Part shown: piece by piece, positions 26,680 through 40,085 of the stretch
Layout: every line of letters begins with the position of its first letter
How positions within the stretch are numbered: position 1 is the first letter of the stretch
DNA from: Epiperipatus broadwayi
Lineage: Eukaryota > Animalia > Onychophora
Direction of reading: 5' to 3'
DNA length: 64,000 bases
Assembly (NCBI GenBank): GCA_028023455.1
Contig: JAQFVV010000006.1
Span: forward strand, 15,438,001 to 15,502,000
Translations under genes and position numbers: made by a program
The notes under the pieces: model-generated
Seen by the model: the letters and a program-made list of their open reading frames with translations, nothing else
Databases searched by the model: none
What the model was told of the DNA's origin: nothing

Positions 26680-27008
26680 TTGCAATTCAAATAATTCTTC
26701 TTACATTTTTTTCAGCAAATATTATTACAGTTTCAACTGTACCGTGCAGTCTTCATCAGATTTACAAAAATCAAATATACATAACAATATAACCATTACA
26801 TAATACCTTTCATATTTTATACAAATTTATCAATTCTCAAAATTATTAATTTTCTATTAACTTCTTAAAATTCTTAAAATTGTTATGTGTATTTGAATTT
26901 TGTAGATCTGATGAAGACTGCATGATACAGTCGAAACTGTAATAATGATAATAATAATAATAAATTTTTGCTGAAAAAAGTGTAAGAAGAATTATTTGAA
27001 TTGCAATA
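26680..27008. repeat. Fold-back with outward-facing hammerhead-like motifs
   Basis: Arms ~26680-26780 and ~26880-27008 are inverted. The + motif CTGATGA A GACTG-catgata-CAGTC GAAA CTGTA is at 26908-26941, with a mirror copy on the minus strand. Stems I and III are weak. Confidence 0.65.
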
Positions 27009-27828
27009 TTGTATATGACGATAGCAGAAATAAAGGAAAGGAAGAAGAAAACTGTTTAGAAGAATTATATATAGAATAAGATATCTTACATTAATATTAT
27101 ATATTATTGGATTATATTCCTATATAACACTTTGAGATGTATATTTAAAAAATTAAAGCAGTCTTTAAGTAGCCCACTTCAAGGTAAAGACCTCTTCAAA
27201 AGCCCCCTATAGATGAACAATAAAGAAGAAGGCATTGCTCACCAGGCTTGCTATTTTCTCGGTAATGAAAGTTTGAGTGATTAATTATCTTTGGTTTACC
27301 AACTAGTTAAGAATAGTTTTTGGATGATTAGATTGATTGACTGGTTACCTGAAAAAAGAGCTAATCTTAAAAAAAAAAAAATTCAATTTTTTTCTCTAGT
27401 CTGAATTAGAACCCCAAGACATGGGCATGGCATGATTCATTACCATTAAATCAAGAAGACTTTTAAAAAATTCAATTTTTTTCTTGTTGGTATTTGAACT
27501 TCAAGTCATAACCTAATAGTCTCTTCACTAATATCTATAAAAGCTAGTATGTAAATATAAGCAAAGATATTTTATTAAATATTAGGAATAGATACCAAAA
27601 CATAAGCAGAAAAATTTATTGAGGCCCTTCTGGTATTTCAATTTAAAGATTAATATATTTTTTTGTATTTCCAAGTATTTATTATAAGACATAGAAAATA
27701 ATAAATTTTGCTTTAAAAAAGTTTTGTTTTGTAAATTAACTGTTGTTTTTAAAAGTATATTTGAGTAATATCAACATTGGAGCTAGCTAACCATTACTTG
27801 GTTATTACAAATCCAGAATTTTTTAGAG

Positions 27829-27992
27829 CAGTGGCTCTCAACCGTCCTAAGGCCATGACTTTTAATACAGTTTCTTATATCATTGTGACCCCAACCTTTA
27901 ATTTTGCTACTGTTATGAATCGAAAATGTGTTTTCCAATGATCTTGGGTGACCCCTGTGGTAGAGTCGCGACCCACAGGTTGAGAACCATTG
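27829..27992. mobile_element. hAT MITE resembling SPIN/URR1
   Basis: TIRs CAGTGGCTCTCAACC / GGTTGAGAACCATTG and a perfect 8-bp TSD TTTTAGAG. The internal TTTAATTTTGCTACTGTTATGAATCG and GCGACCCACAGGTTGAGAACC match my recollection of SPIN MITEs. Confidence 0.85.
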
Positions 27993-28000
27993 TTTTAGAG

Positions 28001-28492
28001 CAGAAGTGGGCAAATAGTGGCCCGAGGGCCACCTGGCCCTCTAAGAGTTTTTATGCGGCCTACAAGACAATCAGAAAAATCCACTTTGAACTGAGATTTC
28101 CTTCACGTGCTTGACCGAAGGTTTGTCTCATATTTTCCTCTAGGATGGCCACATCAATACACATGCACAGTGTAGATACTAGGTGCAATGCTTTTCCAGT
28201 TGATCTGGTTAATTTCAATTTTGTCTTTGCATTGGCAAGTATATACATTTCCAACTTTAGTGAAACCATGAATCCTTTGAAAAAATATGAAATCGGTGAT
28301 GAAGGTAATGTGTTTAATGAAGAATGAACAAACAAATATTTCTTTTGTAATACAGGGAATAAAGCAGTGTGTTTATTGTGTCATGAAAAAAGGTGCGGTC
28401 CTCCGCTAACCTTTGCTTCCACAAAGTGGCTCCCGATATGGCCCTCCACCACCAACCTCTGCGGCCCACAAGGCAAAACAATTGCCCACCCG
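28001..28492 (+). mobile_element. Deleted hAT (Charlie/Buster-type) element
   Basis: Ends CAGAAGTGGGCAAA...TTGCCCACCCG. The peptide MNPLKKYEIGDEGNVFNEE*TNKYFFCNTGNKAVCLLCHE resembles a Buster/GTF2IRD2-type transposase N-terminus. Flanks are TTTTAGAG / TTTTAAAG. Confidence 0.75.
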
Positions 28493-28562
28493 TTTTAAAG
28501 AAATGGCTAAATTAAGTATATATTTTTAAAGAAAAATGTAGGCATATGTAAAAAAGCTATTA

Positions 28563-30235
28563 TCATCATCATCATCAATAGTATTCAGTCCATGGACAGG
28601 TATAGAGAGTAGTCACATCATCAATTCATCCATTTGCCAGTTTGTTCTCTTCATTGCCCAGCTTTTCAATTCTACATAACTCTTCCCAGGTCTTATATCA
28701 TCCAACAATGTTAATCTTTACTGCCATTTCTTCTTGTCTCCAATCACCATTTCCAGCAAAACATCTCTCATTAAACTATAATTTCTTCTTAATATATGTC
28801 CAATCCAGTTTTTTTTTTTATTTCTAATTTCCTCAATCAATCTTTTTTCTTCATTTACTCTTTTCAAAATTTGTTCATTTGTTATTTTATTCATCCAACT
28901 GATTTTTTTCGATCCCAAGGGTTTCCAATCTTTTCCTAATTTTATTATTTGTTGTCCACATTTCGCTACCATACAATAATACACTCTGCACATAGCATTT
29001 AATTAATCTTTTTTTTAATTCTCTCTTCAAAGGTCCACAAAATATTTTCTTTCTCTTAATAAATGTCTCCTTTGCTAATGCTATTTTTCTTTTAACTTCA
29101 TCAACCAACTACCCAAATATCTAAATCTCTTTATTTGTTGAATTATGTTATCGTGGATTTCAATTTGCAGTTTTTTTTACACTCTTCCCTAAGCATCATT
29201 CCATATTCTATATATCATTTCTCCAACTTATTTAATATATTCTGAATACACTTCATCCTCAGCTATAAGAGCCATATCATAAAAAATCTTATACATTTTA
29301 TTATTCTACCTCCAACATTTGCTCTTTCACAGTCTAAATAATTATTTAATATGTCTTCTAACTAAATATTAAAAAGAACAGATGATATACTGCATTCATG
29401 TCTAACTCCTCTTTCTATATTCATTTCATCAGTCTTATTACTCTTATCCTTTATCCAGTCTTTATTTTTGAGATAGTCATAAGTTTATGCCAGATATCAC
29501 AAACCAATCCCTTTATCTTTTTCAATATATCTTTCTGCAATTGTTCTAACAACTTTTCCTATCTAAAAACCAAACTGTTCTTCTCCAATATAATATTCTA
29601 TTTTCCCATAAATTCTTTGAGTTAAAATCCTCAATAAAATTTTAGAAGCACGACATAACAAACTCTTCACATTTAACAGCTTTCTTCTTTTTAGCGATAA
29701 CAAGTTCATAATTAATGAATTATTTTCTTTTCTAAATAGACACTGACAATATTCTTTTCAATATATTATTGCTATCAGTTTATCTTTTCCATTCTTATCT
29801 GCGATTTCACTTGCTAGCCATGTCTTTTTCTCCCAAATGACATTTCTAAGTCTATAAAATATCAGACCATATCTTTTCATTTGTTGAAGCATTTCTATCT
29901 CTCTACATTCTTGTTTCAACCATTTTTCTTTAGCTAAATCTATTTCTCTTCTTAATTCATTGTTATTTTTTCTATATGTGCTTTGCCCTTACTCAATACT
30001 GACATTCTTCCATCATTTCCATATTTCTAACTTTTCCAACCTATCTTTCATTATTCAAGATTGTTTAGCTTTCTTTAACTGAATAGTACATATTTCATTT
30101 TTTGCCATTTTTAGTAATTTTACATTAACACTTACCATAATTATTAATATATTCCTCATCTTTATCAATCCTTTTTATTGTATTTTCACATATTAAATCA
30201 AATTTTCAAGATATATTGGATATTAACAAATTGTA
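28563..30235 (-). mobile_element. RTE-like LINE, 5'-truncated and decayed
   Basis: (GAT)n tail. Motifs GVRHECSISSVLFNI, IRFFYDMALIAE (FADD-like), KRLIKCYVQSVLLYGSEMWT and KKKNWIGHILRR. Confidence 0.85.
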
Positions 30236-30350
30236 TTTATCATTGTCCAATCTTTTCTTTATGAATCAAATTATTTTAATTCCAGAATTAAAAAAAAAGA
30301 TAAAGATCAAGCCATGAAAACTACGATGACAAGGTCATCATAAATATTTT

Positions 30351-31563
30351 AATACTAATCGGTATGCCAGGCCAGCCTCTTAGTGGCATTGTTTCTCTGC
30401 TATAAATACACAATTATATCGATCCGGGACCGATTATGTTTAAATTATTTTTACATTTTCTCCGTCTTTTTTAAAAATATTTTTACGTTTGATACTACTT
30501 TTTTACAAATATTTTGACATTTGATATGACTTTTTTTTACCATTATTTTGACATTCTTGTAAATAATTTACGATACAAGATTTTATTCAAATATTTGTAC
30601 ATTTTCTTTTCAAAAATGGCAAAATAGACATTGCATAATACAAATAAAGACAAAAAAAATCGACATATAGTCGCTGTATTTTAAAAGCAAAAAAGAAAAC
30701 AAAAGTAAGTTTTGATCTTAGTTTAACGTTTTTTGGGGGAGATTGGGAGAAATAATTTGTCGTCACTGTGACAAAAGATAGAGACAAAAGTTATTTTGGA
30801 TTTGTTTTTATTTTTAAAAAAAGATAATAAAAATTGGTTTTAAAAATAAAAGTTTTAGTATATCAGCGGTATACTAATAAAGCCAAAACAAAAATCACTC
30901 TATAGCCCAAAAAAAAAGGTTGCCATATTTTTTTTAAATAAAAAAAAACACAAACCAAAGTTGAAAAACTCAAAAGTTTTGATCTTATTTTAATGTTTTT
31001 TTTTTTTTTTTGGGGGGGGGGGGGGATGGGGGGTTGACAAATAATTTGTTGGCACTGATCAAACCAAGTTTATGATTTCCAAAACTACATGCAACCTCAG
31101 ACATTTTATTTGCCTCGTAATTTATGTGGCTTTTCGCGTGAGTTCTGGGAAAAGGTTCTTGGCTATGACCTTTTGCTATTTTTTCCACCTTCCAAAATTT
31201 GTAGGGAAGCCTGGAAAAAGTCTTACAATTATTAATATCAAATACTACGTCGGGTAAGGGGTAAGACCTTTAATTAGAATGCATATTACAACAGTTATGG
31301 CCACTTGAATTCACTGCACCCTCACATCATCCGATAGCGATCTGTTAAGTGTGCATATTTGCATAGGGTCACAAAGCACATTAGCAGGCTGTAATATTTG
31401 TATGCAACGCCATATATGCCTATAGCGGCTAATATGAACAATCTATAGGCCGTAAGTTTCTCTGCAAAAGCACAAATATTGGGCCATGTAAATGGCATAT
31501 TTATGGGTTTTTAGCAGAGAAACAACGCCACCAAGTGGCTGGCCTGGTGTATCGATTAGTACC
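30351..31563. mobile_element. Merlin-like non-autonomous DNA transposon
   Basis: TIRs of ~55 bp; the right one reads GGTACTAATCG inward and the left has GG replaced by AA. The 8-bp TSD AATATTTT is at 30343-30350 and 31564-31571. Internal tandem duplication. Confidence 0.7.
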
Positions 31564-33199
31564 AATATTTTTAGAAAGTCTGTTACTATTTTTGTGTTTT
31601 CCATGTCTCTTTCAATAAAGGTATATATTCAGTCATTATATCCAATAAGCTGAAAACAATACCTATTAGTGTAATAGATTTTTAGGTTGTATTTTCATAA
31701 CATCTTGACAATTTTTTTTATGACCTTTATGCTCTATCAATAGGCAGTCTATATTTCCTTTCTGTGCAATAAATTTAGTAAAATAACTGACCTATGTTTT
31801 ACCATTCTTACACAATAATGATAAAATCCTAGTATTGATGTACTTATAATGAAGCGAATTTAAGATGACTTTGAAATACTTAAAAACTTGAATTCAAATA
31901 TTACTCAGTTATAAATTTAAGAAACTGTATCTTTATTAATGTTATTGTTACTTCTTAACACCTGCTCCATGTGGTTTAGCACAGATGTAAGAGCAAAGTT
32001 TTTGGATCGATTCTCTGTTGAATAAGATGGAAAAAAAAATGTAATTATGATTATTTGAATGAAACCAATATGGTCAACTTGAATTTGCCAGTTTGGTGTA
32101 CGACTTCTTGATGAAATGATATTATGATTATTTATGTATAATTTTGCAAAGCAGTTTTTGGATCACGTAAAAAAAAATTATGTAAAAAGAAGATATTGAC
32201 AATTATTTAAAAGGAATTTTTATAAAAAAGTTAGCCAAATATAGAATTCATTCTAGAAATCTTAGTTACTTTGAAAACAGTCTCTTCTAATTTCATAAGA
32301 GATTAATATTAATCAATAATAGCGTGTGTATATATAAAAAAATCAAAAACCCTTTAATGTCAACATCAGGAATATTATTACATAATTTAATTATGAATTG
32401 AATAGTTTATCTGTCTGTGTAGTGAGTTAACATATTTATGATTTAAGAAGAATTGATTAAGATTTATGAATGGGAATAATTTAATTTTTCTGCGGATTAA
32501 ATTAAAGTTTTGGAATCATGTTTAAATATTTGATATTTCATATTAATGATTTTTTTCTCTTGATTTTCAATCGTATTATGTTTTACAATGTGTAATTCCA
32601 TTAGTTTAAAATGTCGATTAGACATCAGTAATGTGGCAACTGATAATCCAAGGCTCTTTAAAATCCAGTCAAAATTATTACAATACTTCATATTTCCACA
32701 ATTATAGTGATTTATTATTTTGGTTTGAATTTAAGATCTTGAATCAATTAATAGATCTACATTTTTTTAAAATAATAAGTGAACCCTGTAAAATAGTCCT
32801 TCATAATAATGACCCAATTTTGCACTGAGTTGTGAAAATCAAAACTGCTTGAATTTTAAACTGTTAACAATGGGAGAATTCATCGCAAATTAGAATCATT
32901 TTTTTAATTGGTGAAGTTTGATTGGATATAAGATAGAGTTTTACAACAGTAGTTACCTTTCCAATATGGCTGTAATTAATACTTAGATCAAATTTAAATG
33001 TACACCTATCGTATGGTTTCATATTTAAGTATGGACAATTTCAGATTGCTTTGTATCTTTGTGAAATATCTGTTCGTATTATCGTTAATAATGTAATGGA
33101 GCTTGAAGTATTATAATTATTCAATTACTTACAATTATGATTGACTCTATTTTTAAATTAGTTTTTTTTTTTAATTTTTGTAAAATTAAATTTTATTTG

Positions 33200-33710
33200 T
33201 TATTATCCTTAAGTTTAGCTGATAACAGTCAATCCTTAAGCTATCAACAATCTCAACTGTAGTCAAGACAACCTCCTTTAACAATAAAGGTGGCGCCATC
33301 TTTATCTATGGTCTGATATGTTTATTTAGACACTAAGGATTGCAACTAGACCAAGGAGTGTGAGATTAATAATACAAAGAAGTTTAAACAAACCTCATTA
33401 ATCAGGCAAATATAATCTGTTCTGAAAGCAGACTAATAAATAGTCATTTATAATTTCCAATTCCATATAAAGTACATATTTACTAAGACAATAAAGCCAT
33501 TTACTCAAGGCTTTAATAGATTTATAAGTGTAGATGATAATAATTAACTCTTAAACTATCAGTAATTTCAAGCTGTAGTCAAGGCAATCTCCTTTAACAA
33601 TAAAGATGGTACCATTTTTATCTATGGTCTGATGTATTTATATAGATACTAAAGATTGCAACTTGACCAAGAAACCTTGAGTAACTGGCTTTATTGTCTT
33701 ACTAAGTTTT
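33200..33710. repeat. ~316-bp-period direct repeat with a short inverted segment
   Basis: ~33245-33355 recurs at ~33555-33670. TAAGACAATAAAGCCATTTACTCAAGG (~33483) is inverted at ~33676. Confidence 0.6.
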
Positions 33711-35381
33711 AGCATTTATATTTTGCAAGAAAATGAATTATATACCTTAGTTTTTTTTTTTTTCTTATCCTATTTTGATAAAAGCAGTTTCAATAATTCT
33801 ATTATTCTACCTCACATATTCCTTAATTTTGTTATAAAGACTCAAAATCTACCTCTTTTTCTCTCTTTGCCTTTAAATTTTTTGCAGTTTCTATCCAATT
33901 TATCTTGCTTTTGTTTCACTATCATAGACTTCAAAAGTGAATGGTCAATATTATACCATCTCCATATAGATTACACCTACAGTTCAATTCCTTATTCCAT
34001 GTTTGTCCTTTTTTGCTAGTGTCTAATTGTACCATTTAACAATAAATTCATCTCATGTTATCATATATCTTTTCATATTTTATATAATTATTATTCCTAT
34101 TTAACTCCAAAAGATTTTTTAAAATCATATTCTTTTTCTACAACTCTTAATTCTTTATTCTCTAACCAACTTATATATCCTCTTTTACGATCCTTTAAAA
34201 TTATATACCTTAATATATTCTCTATATATTTATCTTATATAAGTACGTGGATGTAAATTGTCTAGCTATTAATTTTGCATATTGTGAAATCTTAGTTTCC
34301 CAACATGTTTGTCACCGTCTCCATATAATCTAATTAAATACTATATTTACTAATTTATTTTCATTCATATGTAGAAATGTTGTTTGTCAAAATGTTTTCA
34401 CTTGTAAAATGTTCATTTGTCTTCGGTATTATAAAATATATATTAAAAAGATAATGCTATTGGATTCTGCAGTAATGAGAAACTGCGAGAAATACATTTG
34501 TTGTGTAATGGAGTAATGGAGGATTGGGCTAGATTGCTTTTGAGTATTGGTTTTACTATCAGAGACAAAGCATTTACAATTAAATTATCTGTGATCCAAG
34601 AAAGGCATTTTTGATAGCCTGCAATAGAATTTTGTGGCTCAGAAATTGAAGCAGACTTGTTAATAGTACATGGATGTATATATTTCCATACAGGAAAAGA
34701 AATATAAAGGATTCTGAATTTGGGTGTGCTTTTCGCGGTTTAATTGTGATTTGCTAAAAAATTGATTTTTAATATTTTTGTTTGTTCTATAAACTGAAAC
34801 GTATCAAGGAACCAAGTAATAAAAGCTTTGAAGTATGTTTATAGTAGTAAATTAATATATAATTTAGATTAATTAGTCTGCAACATTATTATATTAATTG
34901 TTAGAAGACTATCCAAGAGGCTAAAGCTTATGTCATAATTCAGATTTTGATGGGACAGTAACGTTCATTGAAGGGTGCATGTAAATGTAAGTATTATAGA
35001 ATACCATTAAATTAAGAATTAAAATAATGAAAACTAATTATTAAAGAATAGAAAAGTGTGGTTTCTGCTGAAATAATAAGTGTTATGAATATTAAGCAGG
35101 GAATTGACCCAAAAAGTTGACTACCTCCTTATTAATATTTACAGGATATCTTGTGAAAGTTTTATATTTATTTTTTTTAGACATCGTAACATTCCGATAA
35201 GCAAATGTAATGATTTATTAGCTATCTGGTATAAATTTTGAGAGTATAAGCATAGCAATGGATATTGGTCGCAATTAAGAATATATAATATGCCATTGTT
35301 TAATTGATTTATATAAATTTATACTTTCTTTCACAACACCCATTGAGTAATCAGCAGTTGTAAACTGGATTTTCTGTTTAG

Positions 35382-35504
35382 ATAATGAAAAAATGTCTGA
35401 TGGAGCCAGTGTATCGGATACTTCAGTTCGGCACAAGCACAAAGTGCGTACTGATGATGAAATTAGTACCCAAGAAAGTGAAAGCGAAAAGGCAGAATCT
35501 GAAG
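35382..35504 (+). CDS. SETD1: SETD1 exon (phase 1/1)
   Basis: AG/GT bounded, open and phase-compatible: DNEKMSDGASVSDTSVRHKHKVRTDDEISTQESESEKAESE. Confidence 0.8.
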
Positions 35505-35989
35505 GTAAATTAGGTGTTAGAATCGTTCTTTCTTTTAAATAAATTTTTTATTGTAAATTATGAATTATGTTTGTTCCTAGTTGTGGTCAAAAGAATTTTT
35601 ATTGTTTCAGAAATATTTAGTCAGCCATTGTGATGCAGAAACTTTAATCGTTATTATTAGATTTCAGTTATATTTTGTACACGTGTATGTGTTTGGGTAT
35701 AATATATGTATATAATAAAACACGTGCATGTTAGTATTGTTGAACGAGTAATTATCTTTTTTAAAATATTATTAGCGGAACATGCTTTCGATGTAGAACT
35801 CCAGAATTATGATAAGCAACTATTCAAAAAAAAATTATTTAACTACCAAAATTCCAGAGGATGCTCAGTTTTATACTACAAAATCTTTGATTTATAATGT
35901 AATTACAATAAGCAATAGACTAAATTTCCTAACTTTCTTATTGTACCATTTGACTATATATATATATATGGTATTAATTTTTTGAAGAC

Positions 35990-36710
35990 AATAATTGTCA
36001 GCATTTTTCGGAAGAAAAATTAAAGAGTAGAGAATTAGACGAGTATTTTTTATAGTGGTAAATGTGTCGCCTCACATGCATAGATAAAATAGCTTTAGTT
36101 TCATCGCAATAAATAATAGAACAATCATTTCCTTTGCATGCAATAGATTTTACAATTTGGTGCTTAGTCTGATTTATTTTATCCTTAGTACGATTTATCA
36201 ATCTATCTAAATCCAATATTGAAATCTTTCAAAATAATCTTTTTCGATTTTGAATGTAAATTAAGAACATAAGATAAAGAAATCCATTCTTTATTAATTT
36301 TAATCTCTTCAAGCTTTAATTTGACTTTATTTACCAAATAATTAACTGTTGTTATAGTCCTCATTTATTAAATCTTTAATTTAATTCTCAATATCCTGTT
36401 TCCCGTTTGCCTCAAATTTACATAAATAAAAATTATGGTATAAAATACATTTAAATTCTGAGAGCTTATAGTTTAAAGAAATGCATGGTAAATGGTATAT
36501 AAATGACCATACATTTAAAGATATTACATCATTTTGCAGTTCAATAATGTTTCTGGTTACACATTTAAATATTTCAAACTCTGATCATTTTCATACTTAC
36601 TTGCCTATTGTAAACCTGAATTTTTATTCAGATACTCAACATATTTTCTTTTGATGTTCCCCGTTCCGTATACAAATATATCAACAACATATCTTCTATA
36701 TATAAATATC
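35990..36710 (-). pseudogene. Penelope-like element RT end and GIY-YIG endonuclease remnant
   Basis: IFIYRRYVVDIFVYG (RYVDDIF-like) at ~36665-36710. Downstream on the same strand lies IVKSIACKGNDCSIIYCDETKAILSMHVRRH (GIY-YIG-like). Confidence 0.6.
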
Positions 36711-37129
36711 ACAATTTTTGTTGAAATATTGTGTAAATAAATGTAAATTAAAAATTATTATTGACATATTGGAATGGATTGATCAGGATATTATGGTAGG
36801 CTATTCAAATGTAAAAGAGCTGGCCAATGGCAGTAAGTGGTGGTATTTTTGGTTTCGGAGATTGGCGATTGTATTATATATCCAGTATATAATGGTAGCA
36901 CTATCATTAGCCAAGCTAGCAATATCTGAATGAGAGAATAATAGTCTAATAATTGTGTTGTGTATATCGACTTGTGCTATTACTAACCATTGAATGTATT
37001 TGAAAAGTTTAAATGAAGTTTGAATTTTTGTAAAGACATTTAACAATTAATTCTAGATGATGGAAATAGTCCGCTGTGTAAGTACAAAAACATAGGAAAA
37101 ATTATTTAAAAGCACTCTTTAATAGCCCA

Positions 37130-37255
37130 AATTGAACTCCCCTAGAGCTATATGTAAACCAACTGATAGTTAATTTACATATAGCTAGCTGGGTTTGGGG
37201 GGTGAGGTCGGTAAATTTACATATAGCTAGCTGGGTTTGGGGGGTGAGGTTCGGT
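37130..37255. repeat. ~40-bp tandem duplication with a short inverted partner
   Basis: AATTTACATATAGCTAGCTGGGTTTGGGGGGTGAGGT occurs twice. GCTATATGTAAA lies upstream in inverted orientation. Confidence 0.7.
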
Positions 37256-39049
37256 ACTTCTGCATTATTTTAGTAAAAGCACTTTACAAATTGCACAACA
37301 TGTATGCATTTTATGTATAATTTTCAAACAATAAGTGACATAGAAATGGCACTATAATCTTTTTTTTTAATTTAAAATATTTATATTTATTTATTTAGTG
37401 TTTGTAATTTTAATTACATAACCAGTAATAAGTTTTAATTTTGATTCTTATTTTGAATGTTTGTTGATTTAATTTTTTTGTACTATCTGCAATAAATATA
37501 ATTTTTTTGTATATAAATTTTCATATAATGAATAAATGCCCTGTGCATTTTATAAAGCCCACGATGGTGGACTTAAGAGCTAAAGGCATTTGGATTGCAG
37601 CTCAAGTCTGTCACTTCTGATGTTCTAATATGACATGACCTCTTAAGCAACTAACCAGTCAAATATATTTTCTTATAATATTGAACAAATATAATAAAAG
37701 CTTCAGGATTACTCATTAATTGCAATTTTCTAATCTTGACTTTTGATAATTAAAAAATAATAGAGAATTTGATATTTCTATATATTCCTATGGTAGATTG
37801 AATGGTAAGACAATTAAGTATTATAATAAAGCAATGATCTTTGATTATTGTCAGTAGCAATTTATTATTACTTGCCGTCCTTTTACCGCAATTTATTCTA
37901 GTATGTAAGTTTTAAAAGCAACCGAAGAATTAACACCCATCGTATAATTATTCTTATTTAATCCCTACTTTGAATTATGAAATTAGGTTTTAATTTTAAT
38001 CCAGTGGGTTTTTTTTTTTTTTTTTGTGGTCCTTTTTTTTAATATTCATATTTTTAACTATGACAATGTCAGGTATTTTTATTTTAATCGTCACACAAGT
38101 TGATTTTGAATAAATAATAATGATTTTACTTCTACCAACTACAAAATTTAAAGTCTATTTTCTTGTTCTGTGTACATCTAAAATATGCGAATTCGTTTTT
38201 TCAAATTACCTTTTTTTACATTTTTAAAGAATGAATATCACAAGACTGTACATAATTTTTGCTTCAATGTATATGTTCTCAGTTGAAGACAAAAAGAGTA
38301 ATTCGGTAAAACAGTACTATGGCCTTGCTGTAACATTTGGTCATAATTTTAGGTAAATTGTGATTGTTTGAACTCTTAACTCTTTTAGTTCATTCTAATA
38401 TATCAAGAATGCCAACATAAGCTATAATGCTTTCTTACATCATTGAGAGATAAAATATTGGCAAATAAATTTGACGTTAACTGGCACAAATAGTATCGGA
38501 TGCATTTGCAGATGGTGTACTAAGATCTAGTTGTAATACGAGTGATTAGTGTCCTTAGTAATGCTAAGAAGATGTTACATTCGTAAGTCTGTACCACAGA
38601 TTGATTTCATCTCCAAAACGTTTTACAGCAGTTTTATAAGAAATATTTTGTAGACTAAAGTGGGAAGTTAAGGAATTGAAAATAAATCTAGATTATATAA
38701 GTCATTTACATTTTGTGGAATGATACGCCTGCTTTCAAAAATAATGCTTCAGAGCTTAAGTAAATGTTATATTATCAATTAGGCAAAAGAAATTAAAGCA
38801 TGACTCAATGTAAATGCAAATAGGAGAAAATAAAGGTAGCTAGTAATGAATTGGAAGTAAACAGATACAAATGCCTTGATCAAATTATTAATATAAATGG
38901 TATTAATTAATTAATCATAGAATTAAAGTTAAATGGAGCTCTTTTAATAAAAATGATTTAATGAGGAAATGATCCTATATGCTCGAAAAGGAAGATTTTT
39001 AATAGTTGTGTTTGGCAATGCTTACTTATGAATATGAGATTTAGTCATT

Positions 39050-39420
39050 TAATTGAAGAACAATGTGGAGTCTTTAGATTACATATGAAGAAATATATAT
39101 CAGGATTAGCAAAGAGGGAATAGAAAATAAAATACATGAGAGAATGAAAAAAGAGATATCATTGACATTATGGAAATAATTAAGAGGTGGGACATGGCAG
39201 TTAGACTATGTCTCTAGAAAAAGTGACAATAGATTGGTAAATGAAGTCTTAAACTAAATACCGAGAGATAGTACATGGTCCAGTCATATGTAAGATGGAC
39301 GAATAAGATAAGGATGCTTGCTTTTGGGATGAAATAGGGAAGAGAAACTATGGTTCAAAAGAAACTGGATTAAAAAATTTGGTGAAATCTTTATTATAGT
39401 AGAAAATGTTAATGAAGCAT
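39050..39420 (+). mobile_element. Decayed RTE-like LINE 3' fragment
   Basis: Remnants of the W.WAGH..R..DNR....VL.W.PR pattern. Confidence 0.45.
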
Positions 39421-39928
39421 GTGGAAATTGACTTTTCGATTACTAATAATTAGCCTCTTATGATCTCTAATGAATGAAAATATCTTTTTAAATGTTGATT
39501 AATGCACAATTAAATCCTTAATGGATTATAATTGTTTTTAGGAGTTATGTAATCTGCATATTTTAAATCCATATATGTGGTTAGTTTTGCAAGATTGCCA
39601 ATATTTTTTTCTAAACTGCATTTCTTTAAAATCATATTTTATATAGCAATTTCATTAACAGTATATTTATTTATTTAGTCATAAAATTACTTTTAGCTAT
39701 GTTGATTCAATGAAAAGAGTAAAGAATTTTTATAAGAGTTCAAATTTTTTTTGTGTGTGTTTTATAACTTAATTTTCCTTTCATTAAAATTTCACTAAAA
39801 ATATTTATATATTTTTTTATTAATATCTTGAAAATAAATTCTCTTATTAATATATACTACTTGAAATTTATTATCATTTAGAATAAATATTTAAAACATT
39901 ATGTTTCACTCTTCAATATTCTTCATAG

Positions 39929-40085
39929 AAGAAAGCACTTCAGAAGAAGAAAGTTCCGAAGAAAGTTCTGCGGAAGACAGTGAAGAGGAATCAAGTTCAG
40001 AATATGAATCGGATTCAGAAGAGAGTGAAGTCGAGTCTGAAGGAGAAGAATTGGATGTTTCAGAAGAGGAAGAAGGACCTGAACG
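39929..40085 (+). CDS. SETD1: SETD1 exon, S/E-rich acidic tract (phase 1/2)
   Basis: AG at 39927-39928 and GT at 40086; EESTSEEESSEESS...EEEEGPER. Confidence 0.85.
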
